DNA of 63,719 bases, counting the filler, from Thraustochytrium aureum (lineage: Eukaryota), in NCBI GenBank assembly GCA_012862495.1. It is 7 parts of 3 records of this genome, joined end to end, with 100 filler letters (N's around TTAATTAATTAA, not from the genome) between each part and the next. Parts side by side here need not be neighbours in the genome. Positions count along the whole stretch, not along the records: positions 44,663 to 48,246 come from BLSG01000215.1; positions 48,347 to 51,665 come from BLSG01000216.1; positions 51,766 to 59,671 come from BLSG01000216.1; 4 more parts are not named here. One strand, given 5' to 3'. The position numbers were made by a program, and so were the translations under genes. The notes below the pieces were generated by a model. The model was not told where the DNA came from. It worked only from the letters and a program-made list of their open reading frames with translations, and searched no databases. Below are positions 46,711 through 55,814 of the stretch, piece after piece (the stretch's first letter is position 1; every line of letters begins with the position of its first letter).

Positions 46711-48132
46711 ATGATGGCTGCGACGCCGTTGGCCTGGATTCCGCACCAAGTCGGCGTGGCGTGCTGGATCACGGCGGGCGCTGCGCTCGGCCTTGGCCTG
46801 GTGACAAGCAACGGCGGCCCAGACCGGAGCGAGCTCAAGAACGCGCCCAAAGGCTCGGTCCTCGTCAACTCCAGCCTCGCAATCGCTACGAGCGACTTTT
46901 GGACCTTTGCTCTTCTTTCGAGCGTCAGCGCCCTCGGGCTAGCCTGTGCCTTCGTGGAAAAGGCCGTCGCCTTTGATGACGCCTTTTCGGGGATCGGGGG
47001 CCGCGTAGGGGCCCAGGACCCGTCAAGCTTTGCCGAGGTTGCCAAGATTCTCTCTGGCGCAGCGCCAATCAACCTGTGGCTCGGCGTGCTGCTCAAGTCG
47101 ATGGCGGTGACCAACTCGATCTACGACATGCTGATTGCGAGGAACGCCCGCCTCACTGCCCTGCATGTGTCGCTTGACCTTTTGGAAGCTGCGGTTTTTG
47201 TTTCGATGGTTTGGTTTTACGAGGTCAGCGTGGCCCCGCTCGAACACGCCATTCAGAGCGTTCCTGTTTCTGCGATGGAGGGAACGACCCTCACTCAACG
47301 GGAGCAGCTGCGCGCTCTGCAGACGCTGGAAACCATCATCATCGAGCTCGTCTTTCTCACGGCCGCCTCCCTCGTGCTCGCGGCGCTCCCCTGGGTTCGC
47401 CACTATGCATGCAGCATTGGCTCCCAAGAGATGCAACTGGACGTGGCGCGCACTCTCGTCGCGCACCAGGTTGCGCAGCAAAAGCGGGTTGGCTCTTTCG
47501 AGACCGAGGCGGAGGCCGTTCGCGAGACCGTCGAGTGCGAGAGCGTGGCTCCGTCTCCTCTTGTTTCCAAACCGATGCCGGCTCCGTCTCCTCTTGTTAC
47601 CAAACCGATGCCGGCCAGCAAATCGACCTTCAAGCCGCTCGACCGTGCTCTGCACGGGGGCGACGACAAGCGTTTGGCCGAGCCAGAAACCCTTGCGGCA
47701 GCTACTGCAGCCAAGCAACGCCACGAGACTATGGATGCAGATGTAACCGGGACTGTTGCGGACCTCGCGAGCCAGGCTGCGGCCGCGAGTGCTGATAGCC
47801 CGAGCGGTGAGGTTTCGCAGGATCACGGATTGGAGCAAGATTTGCAAGGCACATCGCCTGATGATGAACAAGGTGAAGCAGCTTCTGCGGCCCCGGAGCC
47901 AGCCTTGTCCACCTGCTCGACCTCGTCTGGGCTGCCAACGGAGGCCGCCGCCCCATATGCGGCAGCGGAGCCCAGCCCGGCCAAACAGCCCAAGACGCGC
48001 GAGCCGCAACCGCGGCCCTCTGGCGGAGAATTTGGCGACCAGCAGACCACCGACCTTCTCGTGGGCGGCGGGCTGTGCGTGTCCGGGCTAGCAGTGACGT
48101 TCTGGATTCTACGAACACTGCGGCGCAAGTAG
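46711..48132 (+). CDS. Hypothetical multi-pass membrane protein with a disordered C-terminal half and a C-terminal TM anchor
   Basis: ATG at 46711, about 5 hydrophobic segments, a Pro/Ser/Ala-rich region and terminal 'LLVGGGLCVSGLAVTFWILRTLRRK'. Confidence 0.65.
   Translation: MMAATPLAWIPHQVGVACWITAGAALGLGLVTSNGGPDRSELKNAPKGSVLVNSSLAIATSDFWTFALLSSVSALGLACAFVEKAVAFDDAFSGIGGRVGAQDPSSFAEVAKILSGAAPINLWLGVLLKSMAVTNSIYDMLIARNARLTALHVSLDLLEAAVFVSMVWFYEVSVAPLEHAIQSVPVSAMEGTTLTQREQLRALQTLETIIIELVFLTAASLVLAALPWVRHYACSIGSQEMQLDVARTLVAHQVAQQKRVGSFETEAEAVRETVECESVAPSPLVSKPMPAPSPLVTKPMPASKSTFKPLDRALHGGDDKRLAEPETLAAATAAKQRHETMDADVTGTVADLASQAAAASADSPSGEVSQDHGLEQDLQGTSPDDEQGEAASAAPEPALSTCSTSSGLPTEAAAPYAAAEPSPAKQPKTREPQPRPSGGEFGDQQTTDLLVGGGLCVSGLAVTFWILRTLRRK
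47548..47613. repeat. In-frame 33-bp tandem duplication (APSPLV[S/T]KPMP x2)
   Basis: GCTCCGTCTCCTCTTGTT(T/A)CCAAACCGATGCCG occurs twice. Confidence 0.9.
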
Positions 48133-48246
48133 GGGCTCGACAGAAAACCTCCAAAACCTCGAACGAATTAGCGGACTTTCCTCGCGCCTCTTGCCTTGTT
48201 GCGTCCGCAAGCCAGCGTCGCGCTCGTAAGAGGCACGCTGCCGCCG

Positions 48247-48346
48247 NNNNNNNNNNNNNNNNNNNNNNNNNNNNNNNNNNNNNNNNNNNNTTAATTAATT
48301 AANNNNNNNNNNNNNNNNNNNNNNNNNNNNNNNNNNNNNNNNNNNN
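48247..48346. other. Artificial scaffold linker (TTAATTAATTAA at 48291-48302)
   Basis: Same structure. Confidence 0.95.
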
Positions 48347-48628
48347 CAACGAGGCGCTGCTCCAGGGAGAGGCTGGCCAGGGCTTGCCAGCATCAACGAT
48401 TCCAGTCGGTGCGCGGAAATGGAAGGAAAGAGGGAAAAAGCGAAAAAGGCATGGCAAGCGACACCCTGCAGAATGCGTCACGCACAAACCGCTAAAAAAA
48501 ACGAGGCGCGCTCTCCCGCGCGCACCAAGTGCCCGCTGATGCCCCACCCTGCAAACGCGGCCAAGAGCCCCGACGGGCCGCAAACAGCAAGTCTGTGAGA
48601 GAGGAGAGGAGAAAAACCAGGCATCCGC

Positions 48629-49558
48629 TTACTTGTTCTCCGGGCGCAGCTGGCGCACGGTCTTGCCTGCCCGCCACATCTCGCTGTTGGCGATCTCGGC
48701 GAGCTCCTTCTCGAGCGACGCCTTGTAGTCGGCCTTGGAGTTGATGTCGATCGAGCGACGGCATTCGTTGCCGTTCTCGACCTCGGCGTAGAGCTCCTCA
48801 AAGACGGGCTTGAGCGCCTTCTGGAACTTGGGGTACCAGTCGAGGGCGCCGCGCTGAGCGGTGGTCGAGCAGTTGGCGTACATCCAGTCCATGCCGTTGG
48901 CGGCGACGAGCGGGTACAGCGACTGGGTGGCCTCCTCGACGGTCTCGTTGAAGGCCTCCGAGGGCGAGTGGCCCTTGGCGCGAAGCACCTCGTACTGGGC
49001 GGCAAAGGCGCCCTGGATCATGCCCATGAGCACACCGCGCTCGCCAACCAGGTCGGAGTAGGTCTCCTTCTGGAAGGTGGTCTTGTAGAGGTAGCCGCAG
49101 CCGACGGCCACGCCGAGGGCCTCGCAGCGCTCCTGCGCCTTGCCCGAGGCGTCCTGGAAGACGGCAATGCTGCCGTTGATGCCGCGGCCCTCGAGGAAGA
49201 GCGAGCGCACCGTGCTGCCCGAGCCCTTGGGGGCGACAAGGATGACGTCGATGTCAGTGGGGGGCACGACGCCGGTGTCCTCCTTGTACACGATGGAGAA
49301 CCCGTGGCTCACGTACAGGGTCTTGCCCTTGGTGAGGTGCGGCTTGACCTGGTCCCAGGCCATGGTCTGGCCGGCGTCCGAGAGCAGGTACATGATGACC
49401 GTGCCCTTGCTGAGGGCCTCGTCGATGTCGAAGAGGTTCTTGCCCGCGACCCAGCCGTCGGCGAGGGCCTTCTCCCACGAGCCGCCGTTCTTGCGGATGC
49501 CGACGATCACGTTCAGGCCGTTGTCGCGCAGGTTGAGCGCCTGGCCGCGGCCCTGGGT
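48629..49558 (-). CDS. ILV5: Ketol-acid reductoisomerase (fungal Ilv5-type); 5' end in gap
   Basis: 'QGRGQALNLRDNGLNVIVG.R', 'YLLSDAGQ', 'SHGFS', 'VAPKGSG', 'SDLVGERGVLMG', 'GHSPSEAFNETVEEATQSLYPL', 'CSTTAQRGALDW' and 'VRQLRPEN'. Strong GC3 codon bias. Confidence 0.96.
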   Translation of the reverse strand, partial: TQGRGQALNLRDNGLNVIVGIRKNGGSWEKALADGWVAGKNLFDIDEALSKGTVIMYLLSDAGQTMAWDQVKPHLTKGKTLYVSHGFSIVYKEDTGVVPPTDIDVILVAPKGSGSTVRSLFLEGRGINGSIAVFQDASGKAQERCEALGVAVGCGYLYKTTFQKETYSDLVGERGVLMGMIQGAFAAQYEVLRAKGHSPSEAFNETVEEATQSLYPLVAANGMDWMYANCSTTAQRGALDWYPKFQKALKPVFEELYAEVENGNECRRSIDINSKADYKASLEKELAEIANSEMWRAGKTVRQLRPENK

Positions 49559-51665
49559 NNNNNNNNNNNNNNNNNNNNNNNNNNNNNNNNNNNNNNNNNN
49601 NNNNNNNNNNNNNNNNNNNNNNNNNNNNNNNNNNNNNNNNNNNNNNNNNNNNNNNNNNNNNNNNNNNNNNNNNNNNNNNNNNNNNNNNNNNNNNNNNNNN
49701 NNNNNNNNNNNNNNNNNNNNNNNNNNNNNNNNNNNNNNNNNNNNNNNNNNNNNNNNNNNNNNNNNNNNNNNNNNNNNNNNNNNNNNNNNNNNNNNNNNNN
49801 NNNNNNNNNNNNNNNNNNNNNNNNNNNNNNNNNNNNNNNNNNNNNNNNNNNNNNNNNNNNNNNNNNNNNNNNNNNNNNNNNNNNNNNNNNNNNNNNNNNN
49901 NNNNNNNNNNNNNNNNNNNNNNNNNNNNNNNNNNNNNNNNNNNNNNNNNNNNNNNNNNNNNNNNNNNNNNNNNNNNNNNNNNNNNNNNNNNNNNNNNNNN
50001 NNNNNNNNNNNNNNNNNNNNNNNNNNNNNNNNNNNNNNNNNNNNNNNNNNNNNNNNNNNNNNNNNNNNNNNNNNNNNNNNNNNNNNNNNNNNNNNNNNNN
50101 NNNNNNNNNNNNNNNNNNNNNNNNNNNNNNNNNNNNNNNNNNNNNNNNNNNNNNNNNNNNNNNNNNNNNNNNNNNNNNNNNNNNNNNNNNNNNNNNNNNN
50201 NNNNNNNNNNNNNNNNNNNNNNNNNNNNNNNNNNNNNNNNNNNNNNNNNNNNNNNNNNNNNNNNNNNNNNNNNNNNNNNNNNNNNNNNNNNNNNNNNNNN
50301 NNNNNNNNNNNNNNNNNNNNNNNNNNNNNNNNNNNNNNNNNNNNNNNNNNNNNNNNCCGCCTTTTAAAGCCCCCCGCCCGCCGCCGCCGCGCGCGAGCCT
50401 CTCGCCTCCACGCGTGTCTTAGCTCGATTCGCATTCCGCGCGCGGTTTCCTGCCAGAATATCCTCGCCGCCTCACAGCGCTCGCGACGGCGCTGTGAGGG
50501 CGGCCGCGGGTTTACGCGCAATCCCAGCGCTGGCCTCACATGCCGCCGCCCCTCTGGCGCCCTCTGCCCCTCTCTGCCTCCCTGCCGCTCTGCGTGCGAG
50601 TTGACACTTGAGTAAGTACCTCTCAGAGGGCTGGCTGTCTTCGCTGCCGGCCTGATCTCCACACGTTTTGCACCCTAACTCACGGGTCGAAACCCTAGGG
50701 CGTGGGGAATTGCAGGACACGGCGACATGGCTCTGCGGCGCTGACGAGGACGCCAAACGACGCACGGGGTGGCGGCGCGCACCGGACGCAGCCGCCCCGA
50801 CGCGCTCTGCTGCCTGCAAGGTAAGGTACTCGTACCGGTGGGTAAAGTAAAGTTACTTGCTTGCTTGCGCACCACTCGAGCTGATCTGTGGCCGCTCCGT
50901 CCTCGAGGCGTTCTGCTCGCGGCCGGAAGGTGCGCACGGGTGTTGGTGATGCTCGGAAAGTGCTCGCGGGCTGCTCGGACGCGCCGTACCGCTTCTAAAG
51001 GGATGTACTTCGGTCGATGCTGTCGGACGCGTCGGACGCTTGCCGAGGGTCGCTCGAGCGCGTGGCGGCTTGCCTGGCGTTGCGTAGTTCAGGACGAGGG
51101 TTCTGCCATCGGCAAGCGAGCAGTGTGCTGGGCCAACAGCATCACGATGAGTGGTACTTGCTCTGCTGCAGCGACAAGCGAGAGGGGCAAGGCAGTTGCC
51201 TCGCTTGCTTTCGAAGCTCGAGGTGGACCCTGCGCTCCTGACTGCTCGAGCTCCGCCGCGCCGTGCGCTAGACCCGTTTGGTTATGATGGCTTTTTTTGG
51301 CGACGAAATCGAAGAAAAACCAAAAATTGCGCTCAATGGCAAAGAGGCCGCCGGCCGCAGTGTTGGACGTTTTGCGCGCAAACCTGGCAGAGCCCAAATC
51401 AACTGGCGGCGCAAGTATACACGTGCGAACGCAACAAATAGAGAAGATGTGCGACGTCGGGCTTGCCGTCAGCAAGGACGCGCTTCGCGCACCGCGTATG
51501 GGTTCGCCGCGCTCGTGGTGCGCCACTTGCTGACGGTGACCTTCGAGGGCAAGTCGCGCGTCGACGCAGGCCTACATGCCCCCGAAGACAACGCGTTCCC
51601 TATCATCAAAATGATCGGTGCGAAGCAAGATTTCGGCGCCAAGGAGGAGGCGCGCAGCGACTGGT

Positions 51666-51765
51666 NNNNNNNNNNNNNNNNNNNNNNNNNNNNNNNNNNN
51701 NNNNNNNNNTTAATTAATTAANNNNNNNNNNNNNNNNNNNNNNNNNNNNNNNNNNNNNNNNNNNN
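51666..51765. other. Artificial scaffold linker (TTAATTAATTAA at 51710-51721)
   Basis: Same structure. Confidence 0.95.
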
Positions 51766-52012
51766 TGCGCAGCGTGGTTTCGATCAAGACGCTCAACGAG
51801 CTGACGGCGCCTGACGGCAGGCTGGCGAAGAGCCAGGCGAGGCTCGCACAGGTAAGCGGAGGTGGAAGCGCCACCTGAACGGCCGGACTGTAGTTTTCAC
51901 TAACTCGTGCGGATCTGACGCAGGCAATGGAGGTGTGGACTGCGCTGTTTCAGGCAGGCCGAGCTGCCGCGGAGGACGGCATGGGAGGCCCATAGCCCTC
52001 GTTTGCGCAGCT

Positions 52013-52086
52013 CATGCGCTCTCATGTCAGGGGATGGCAATGCAAAGCCCATGCGCTCTCATGTAAGGGGCGGCAATGCAAAGCCC
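52013..52086. repeat. Tandem repeat, ~37 bp x2
   Basis: CATGCGCTCTCATGT(C/A)AGGGG(AT/C)GGCAATGCAAAGCC at 52013 and 52050. Confidence 0.85.
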
Positions 52087-52364
52087 GCCCATCCACCTCC
52101 GGTCCAATCAGAAGGGGCTGTACGTAGTAGAACAAGGGCAAAATAGACTATGTAGCGCCTTTGTTTCTGGGCCAGTGCGACGCCCTCGCTGGCGAATCAG
52201 TGCGGCGCCTTCGTTCGCGCACAAGCAAGTCCTGAATCGTGCTCTCTCCTCGGCACCAAGCGCCGTGATCCCCGAGACCGCGCCTGGCAACCCACGCCAC
52301 CAGCGCAAGACCACTGCGCTCCTCAGGATCAGCCAAGTTGCGCGGCTGACGTCGCCTCCGCAGC

Positions 52365-52703
52365 TCAAGCCTTCCCGCCGCCCTTCTTGGGGTCCCCTGC
52401 AGCACCAGCACCAGCACCGCTCGGCAATTTCCCGTCGAGCTCCTTTTCGAAATCACTGACTGCCTGCCGCACAGCATCGTCTATGGCCTCCTTGATCATC
52501 GCCGAATTTTTGGCATGGCTCAGGGCAGCGGCGAGGCGCTTCTCGTTCGCAGCGTCTTGCTCGACGACGCTCACCTTGAGCTTCTCCAGATCTTTCACAG
52601 CTTGCTCCCGCTGCTGGCGAAGCTGCGCAAGCTCCAGGCGGCTCTGCGTCAGCTTGAGCAGGCCCCTTCCCGATGCCCTGACGGAGCTCGCCGCAGCGCC
52701 CAT
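52365..52703 (-). CDS. Small hypothetical coiled-coil protein with N-myristoylation motif (112 aa)
   Basis: 'MGAAASSVR...LELAQLRQQREQAVKDLEKLKVSVVEQDAANEKRL...KKGGGKA*'. Confidence 0.5.
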   Translation of the reverse strand: MGAAASSVRASGRGLLKLTQSRLELAQLRQQREQAVKDLEKLKVSVVEQDAANEKRLAAALSHAKNSAMIKEAIDDAVRQAVSDFEKELDGKLPSGAGAGAAGDPKKGGGKA

Positions 52704-53712
52704 CACGTCCAGCCCCGACAGCCCCAGCGCGCGCGGCCAACAAGACTCGCGCCTGTCATCATGATCAGGCACTCACTCCTCTGTCCGACTCCACCGTCAG
52801 CAGCGAACAGAAGGATCAGCCGAGCGAGTGGGGCCAGCCACCTGCGGTGCGACAAGAACTCGGTGCCTCGGTGCGACTGCAGCCGTGCGGCATGAATCGG
52901 TACGCGCTGCTTGACGCGTGGGCCTTCCAGCGTCAAGCCTTGCTTCACGTCAATCCAATGGCTGACTGTTAAAGCCAGCCAGCCAGCCAGCCAGCCAAGC
53001 AGCCAGGCAGCCAGTTCCCTGGAGGAGCTGGCTCGCGGCGGTGGGCGGCCCTGGCTCGCAGCGCCGGGCCCAGCGTCGCTCGCATCCCGCTCGAGCCGCC
53101 TCGGCCGTGTGCTCGACTACTCGTAGTAGAGTATAATAGAGTACCTGCTGGTGGACAGGCCACTCCACTAAGCCAGCCAGCGCGTGTCAGGGTGCTGGCT
53201 TAGCGCGGCCCTGCAGCGTCGCAGGCGTGCAGCAGGAGCATCAGCCTGCCATCAGGGCAACTCATGCGGGCAGAACCTCTTCGTTCGAAGACGGCGGGTG
53301 TGCTCCGCAGAGCGTCTTCGGAGGGGCTGCTCGTGCCACAAAGACAGCGTCGATTCTTGACTGACGCCTGTTGGCTGTTTTGGCATCCATCGGACGCCAC
53401 ACGCAACCTGGCGCAGGCCACGCACGCAGCTGGCAGCCGAGCAGGACCCCTTGCACGAGCGACCGGCCGAGCCGACCGGCGACCTGGCAAGAGGAGCAGG
53501 CGGCACGCGGGGCGAGCCTGCTGCAGAGCGCCGACTCCCGAGTGGGCCAACTCGGACGGAGCACGGGCTGGCCGTGAACGAGGTGGCTTTCGAAAGGGTC
53601 TGCGCAGGACGCGCAGGGGCGGGCTGGAGCTCGGACGGTACGCGTGGCCAGGGTGGAAGTGCGGCGGGCAGCGGCGGAAGGGCCCTCGCCTGGGCGCGGC
53701 TCGCTCGGGGCC

Positions 53713-55371
53713 ATGGAGCCCAAACGATGTAGAGATAGCGGGCTCGACGGAGTGGACGGCGGCCTGACGGCTGCGGCGGGGCTGGGCGTCGCGGTCGAGA
53801 AAAGGGTTTTCACCGGGTCGGAAGACGCCGATCTTGATCCGCCGCCCGGGGGCCCGATTATCAAGGGCAACAAGGCCACCTCCGCTTTCGACTTCGTGGC
53901 CGCGCGCCGCAGCAGCGGACGGCTCAAGGACAGAATGAGTCTTCGGCTGCGCAGGCTCGGGTGGCAAGACCGCCCCAAAGCGCGCGCGCACATCGACGAG
54001 CGGCCACGGCTCGACGCGCAGCCAAAGGCGCAGCAGATCCCGGCCTTGGTGGACATGCTGGAGAGCTCCAGCGCGACCGCCCAGCTCGAAGGCGCGACGG
54101 GCCTGCGCAAGCTGCTTCAACTCGACACCAACGCGCCGATCCAGCAGGTGGTGGCCGCTGGAGCGGTGCCCCGACTCGTTGCGCTTCTAGCGCGCGCCGA
54201 AAACCCGCGCCTCCAGCTTGAGAGCGGCTGGGCCATTACAAACATCGCGAGCGGGACGTCGCAGCACACGAAAGCAGTGGTGCAAGCCGGCGCAATAGAG
54301 CCGCTTGTTGGGCTGCTTGCCAGCAAGATCGGCAGCGTACGCGACCAGGCCGTGTGGGCGCTCGGGAACATCGCTGGCGACTCGGCGGCGCACAGGGACA
54401 AGGTGCTCTCGGCAGGTGCTCTGCCAATCCTGGTGGGGGAGATCATGGCGCCGAGCAAGCTCACGGAAAAGGCCCTTGAGAATGCGACGTGGACCTTGCT
54501 GAACCTTGTTCGGTCCAAGCCTAGTCCGCGGCTGAGTGCGGTCAGCGAGGCTCTGCCGCGCATCGCGCAGCTTTTGCATGCTGGCAACTCGACGGTGCTA
54601 AAGGACGCTTCGTGGGCGGCGGCGGCCCTCTCTGAAAACGGGGATCCGGGCTGCATCGACGCCGTGCTTGCGTCTGGCGTGGTGCAGCGCTGCATCCAGC
54701 TCATGGCCCACCGAGACCAAAAGGTGCTTACCCCTGCTCTGCGCACGGTCGGCAACGCCTGCACGGGCGACGACCGCGCCACGCAGGCTGTTATCGAGGG
54801 CGGGGCTCTGCCGATTCTCGCTCAGCTCGCCGGCATAGAAAACCGCATCATTCGCAAGGAGGCGTGCTGGACCCTCAGCAACATAACGGCCGGGAACACA
54901 AAGCAAGTGCAGGCCGCGTTTGAAGCGGGCGTGTTTGGCGTCCTCGTCGACGTCATCGAACAAGACGAGCACGATGTGGCCAAAGAGGCGATCTGGGCCA
55001 TTGCGAACGCCACCGCCGGGGGGTCGCAAAAGCACGTCAGGGAGCTCGTCACCAAGTATCAGTGCATTTGCGTACTCTGCAACTGTCTTGCCGAGCATGA
55101 CGACGACCCCGTGATTCTCAGCGTCGCCCTCGAGGGCCTAGAGAACATTGTTGGTGCATTCGTGGAGGAGGCGCTTTCCGGCGGGACGAGCAAAGACCAA
55201 GATGACAGGGCAGAGTTTGTCCGCCAGGCAACCGAAGCAGGCCTCGAGTCCCTTTTAGAGGACCTCAAGTACCACGGGTCGCCGGCCGTGGCCTCTGTTG
55301 CCGAGCGGATCCTGCAAATCGAGGGCCGAGACGGCGTCGAGTGCAGGGCAGCAACAGGTCGGTTGCGCTGA
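53713..55371 (+). CDS. Importin-alpha-like armadillo-repeat protein (divergent paralog)
   Basis: ARM motifs 'ESGWAITNIASGTS', 'QAVWALGNIAGDS', 'NATWTLLNL', 'PALRTVGN..TGDD', 'RKEACWTLSNITAGN', 'KEAIWAIANATAGG' and 'ALEGLENI'. A shifted frame may supply an acidic tail to 55514. Confidence 0.88.
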   Translation: MEPKRCRDSGLDGVDGGLTAAAGLGVAVEKRVFTGSEDADLDPPPGGPIIKGNKATSAFDFVAARRSSGRLKDRMSLRLRRLGWQDRPKARAHIDERPRLDAQPKAQQIPALVDMLESSSATAQLEGATGLRKLLQLDTNAPIQQVVAAGAVPRLVALLARAENPRLQLESGWAITNIASGTSQHTKAVVQAGAIEPLVGLLASKIGSVRDQAVWALGNIAGDSAAHRDKVLSAGALPILVGEIMAPSKLTEKALENATWTLLNLVRSKPSPRLSAVSEALPRIAQLLHAGNSTVLKDASWAAAALSENGDPGCIDAVLASGVVQRCIQLMAHRDQKVLTPALRTVGNACTGDDRATQAVIEGGALPILAQLAGIENRIIRKEACWTLSNITAGNTKQVQAAFEAGVFGVLVDVIEQDEHDVAKEAIWAIANATAGGSQKHVRELVTKYQCICVLCNCLAEHDDDPVILSVALEGLENIVGAFVEEALSGGTSKDQDDRAEFVRQATEAGLESLLEDLKYHGSPAVASVAERILQIEGRDGVECRAATGRLR

Positions 55372-55814
55372 GCACCACCAGCAGAGAGCCGGACGCGGTG
55401 GACGTGTGCTTGGACTCTGATTCGTCGTCCATCTTGTCGCACTCGTCCTCAGGCGGCGATTGGGATTCGTTCGAGGATCTCGAGGACCTGGACGAGGTCG
55501 ATCTGCGACGCTGACGGGCGATGCGAGCCAGCTCTTGCAAGAGGTTGGGCCCTGATATACACATGTGCTTGCCCGTACCGGCCCCGCCGCATGTCAGCAA
55601 ACGGCTTGGCGCCGGCGCGTAGCCCTGGCCGCTGCCTCTCTCTTGTACAGAGGGAGAGCGGTGCAAAATAGAAAACGGCAATGGGCGTTTAGTTTGTCTT
55701 TGAACGAGTAAGCCACTTGCAAAAGCTCTCGCTCTCTCGCCAGCCCAGGCGGGAGCGCCTTCTTGCCAGCCAGGTCAAGCTCGGCGCCTGCTCTCCAGAG
55801 TTGGCGCGCCTGTT

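Noticed and set aside
64..50662. Long ORF-track entries spanning N gaps (e.g. 64-1728, 21308-23701, 28682-31435, 37751-39862, 48968-50422) and many antisense or shadow ORFs
   Set aside because: These result from translating through Ns and from high GC content; the recognisable proteins are on the strands and frames called above.
50690..50697. Telo-box-like AAACCCTA
   Set aside because: A single 8-mer, which is not enough to call a regulatory site or telomeric remnant.
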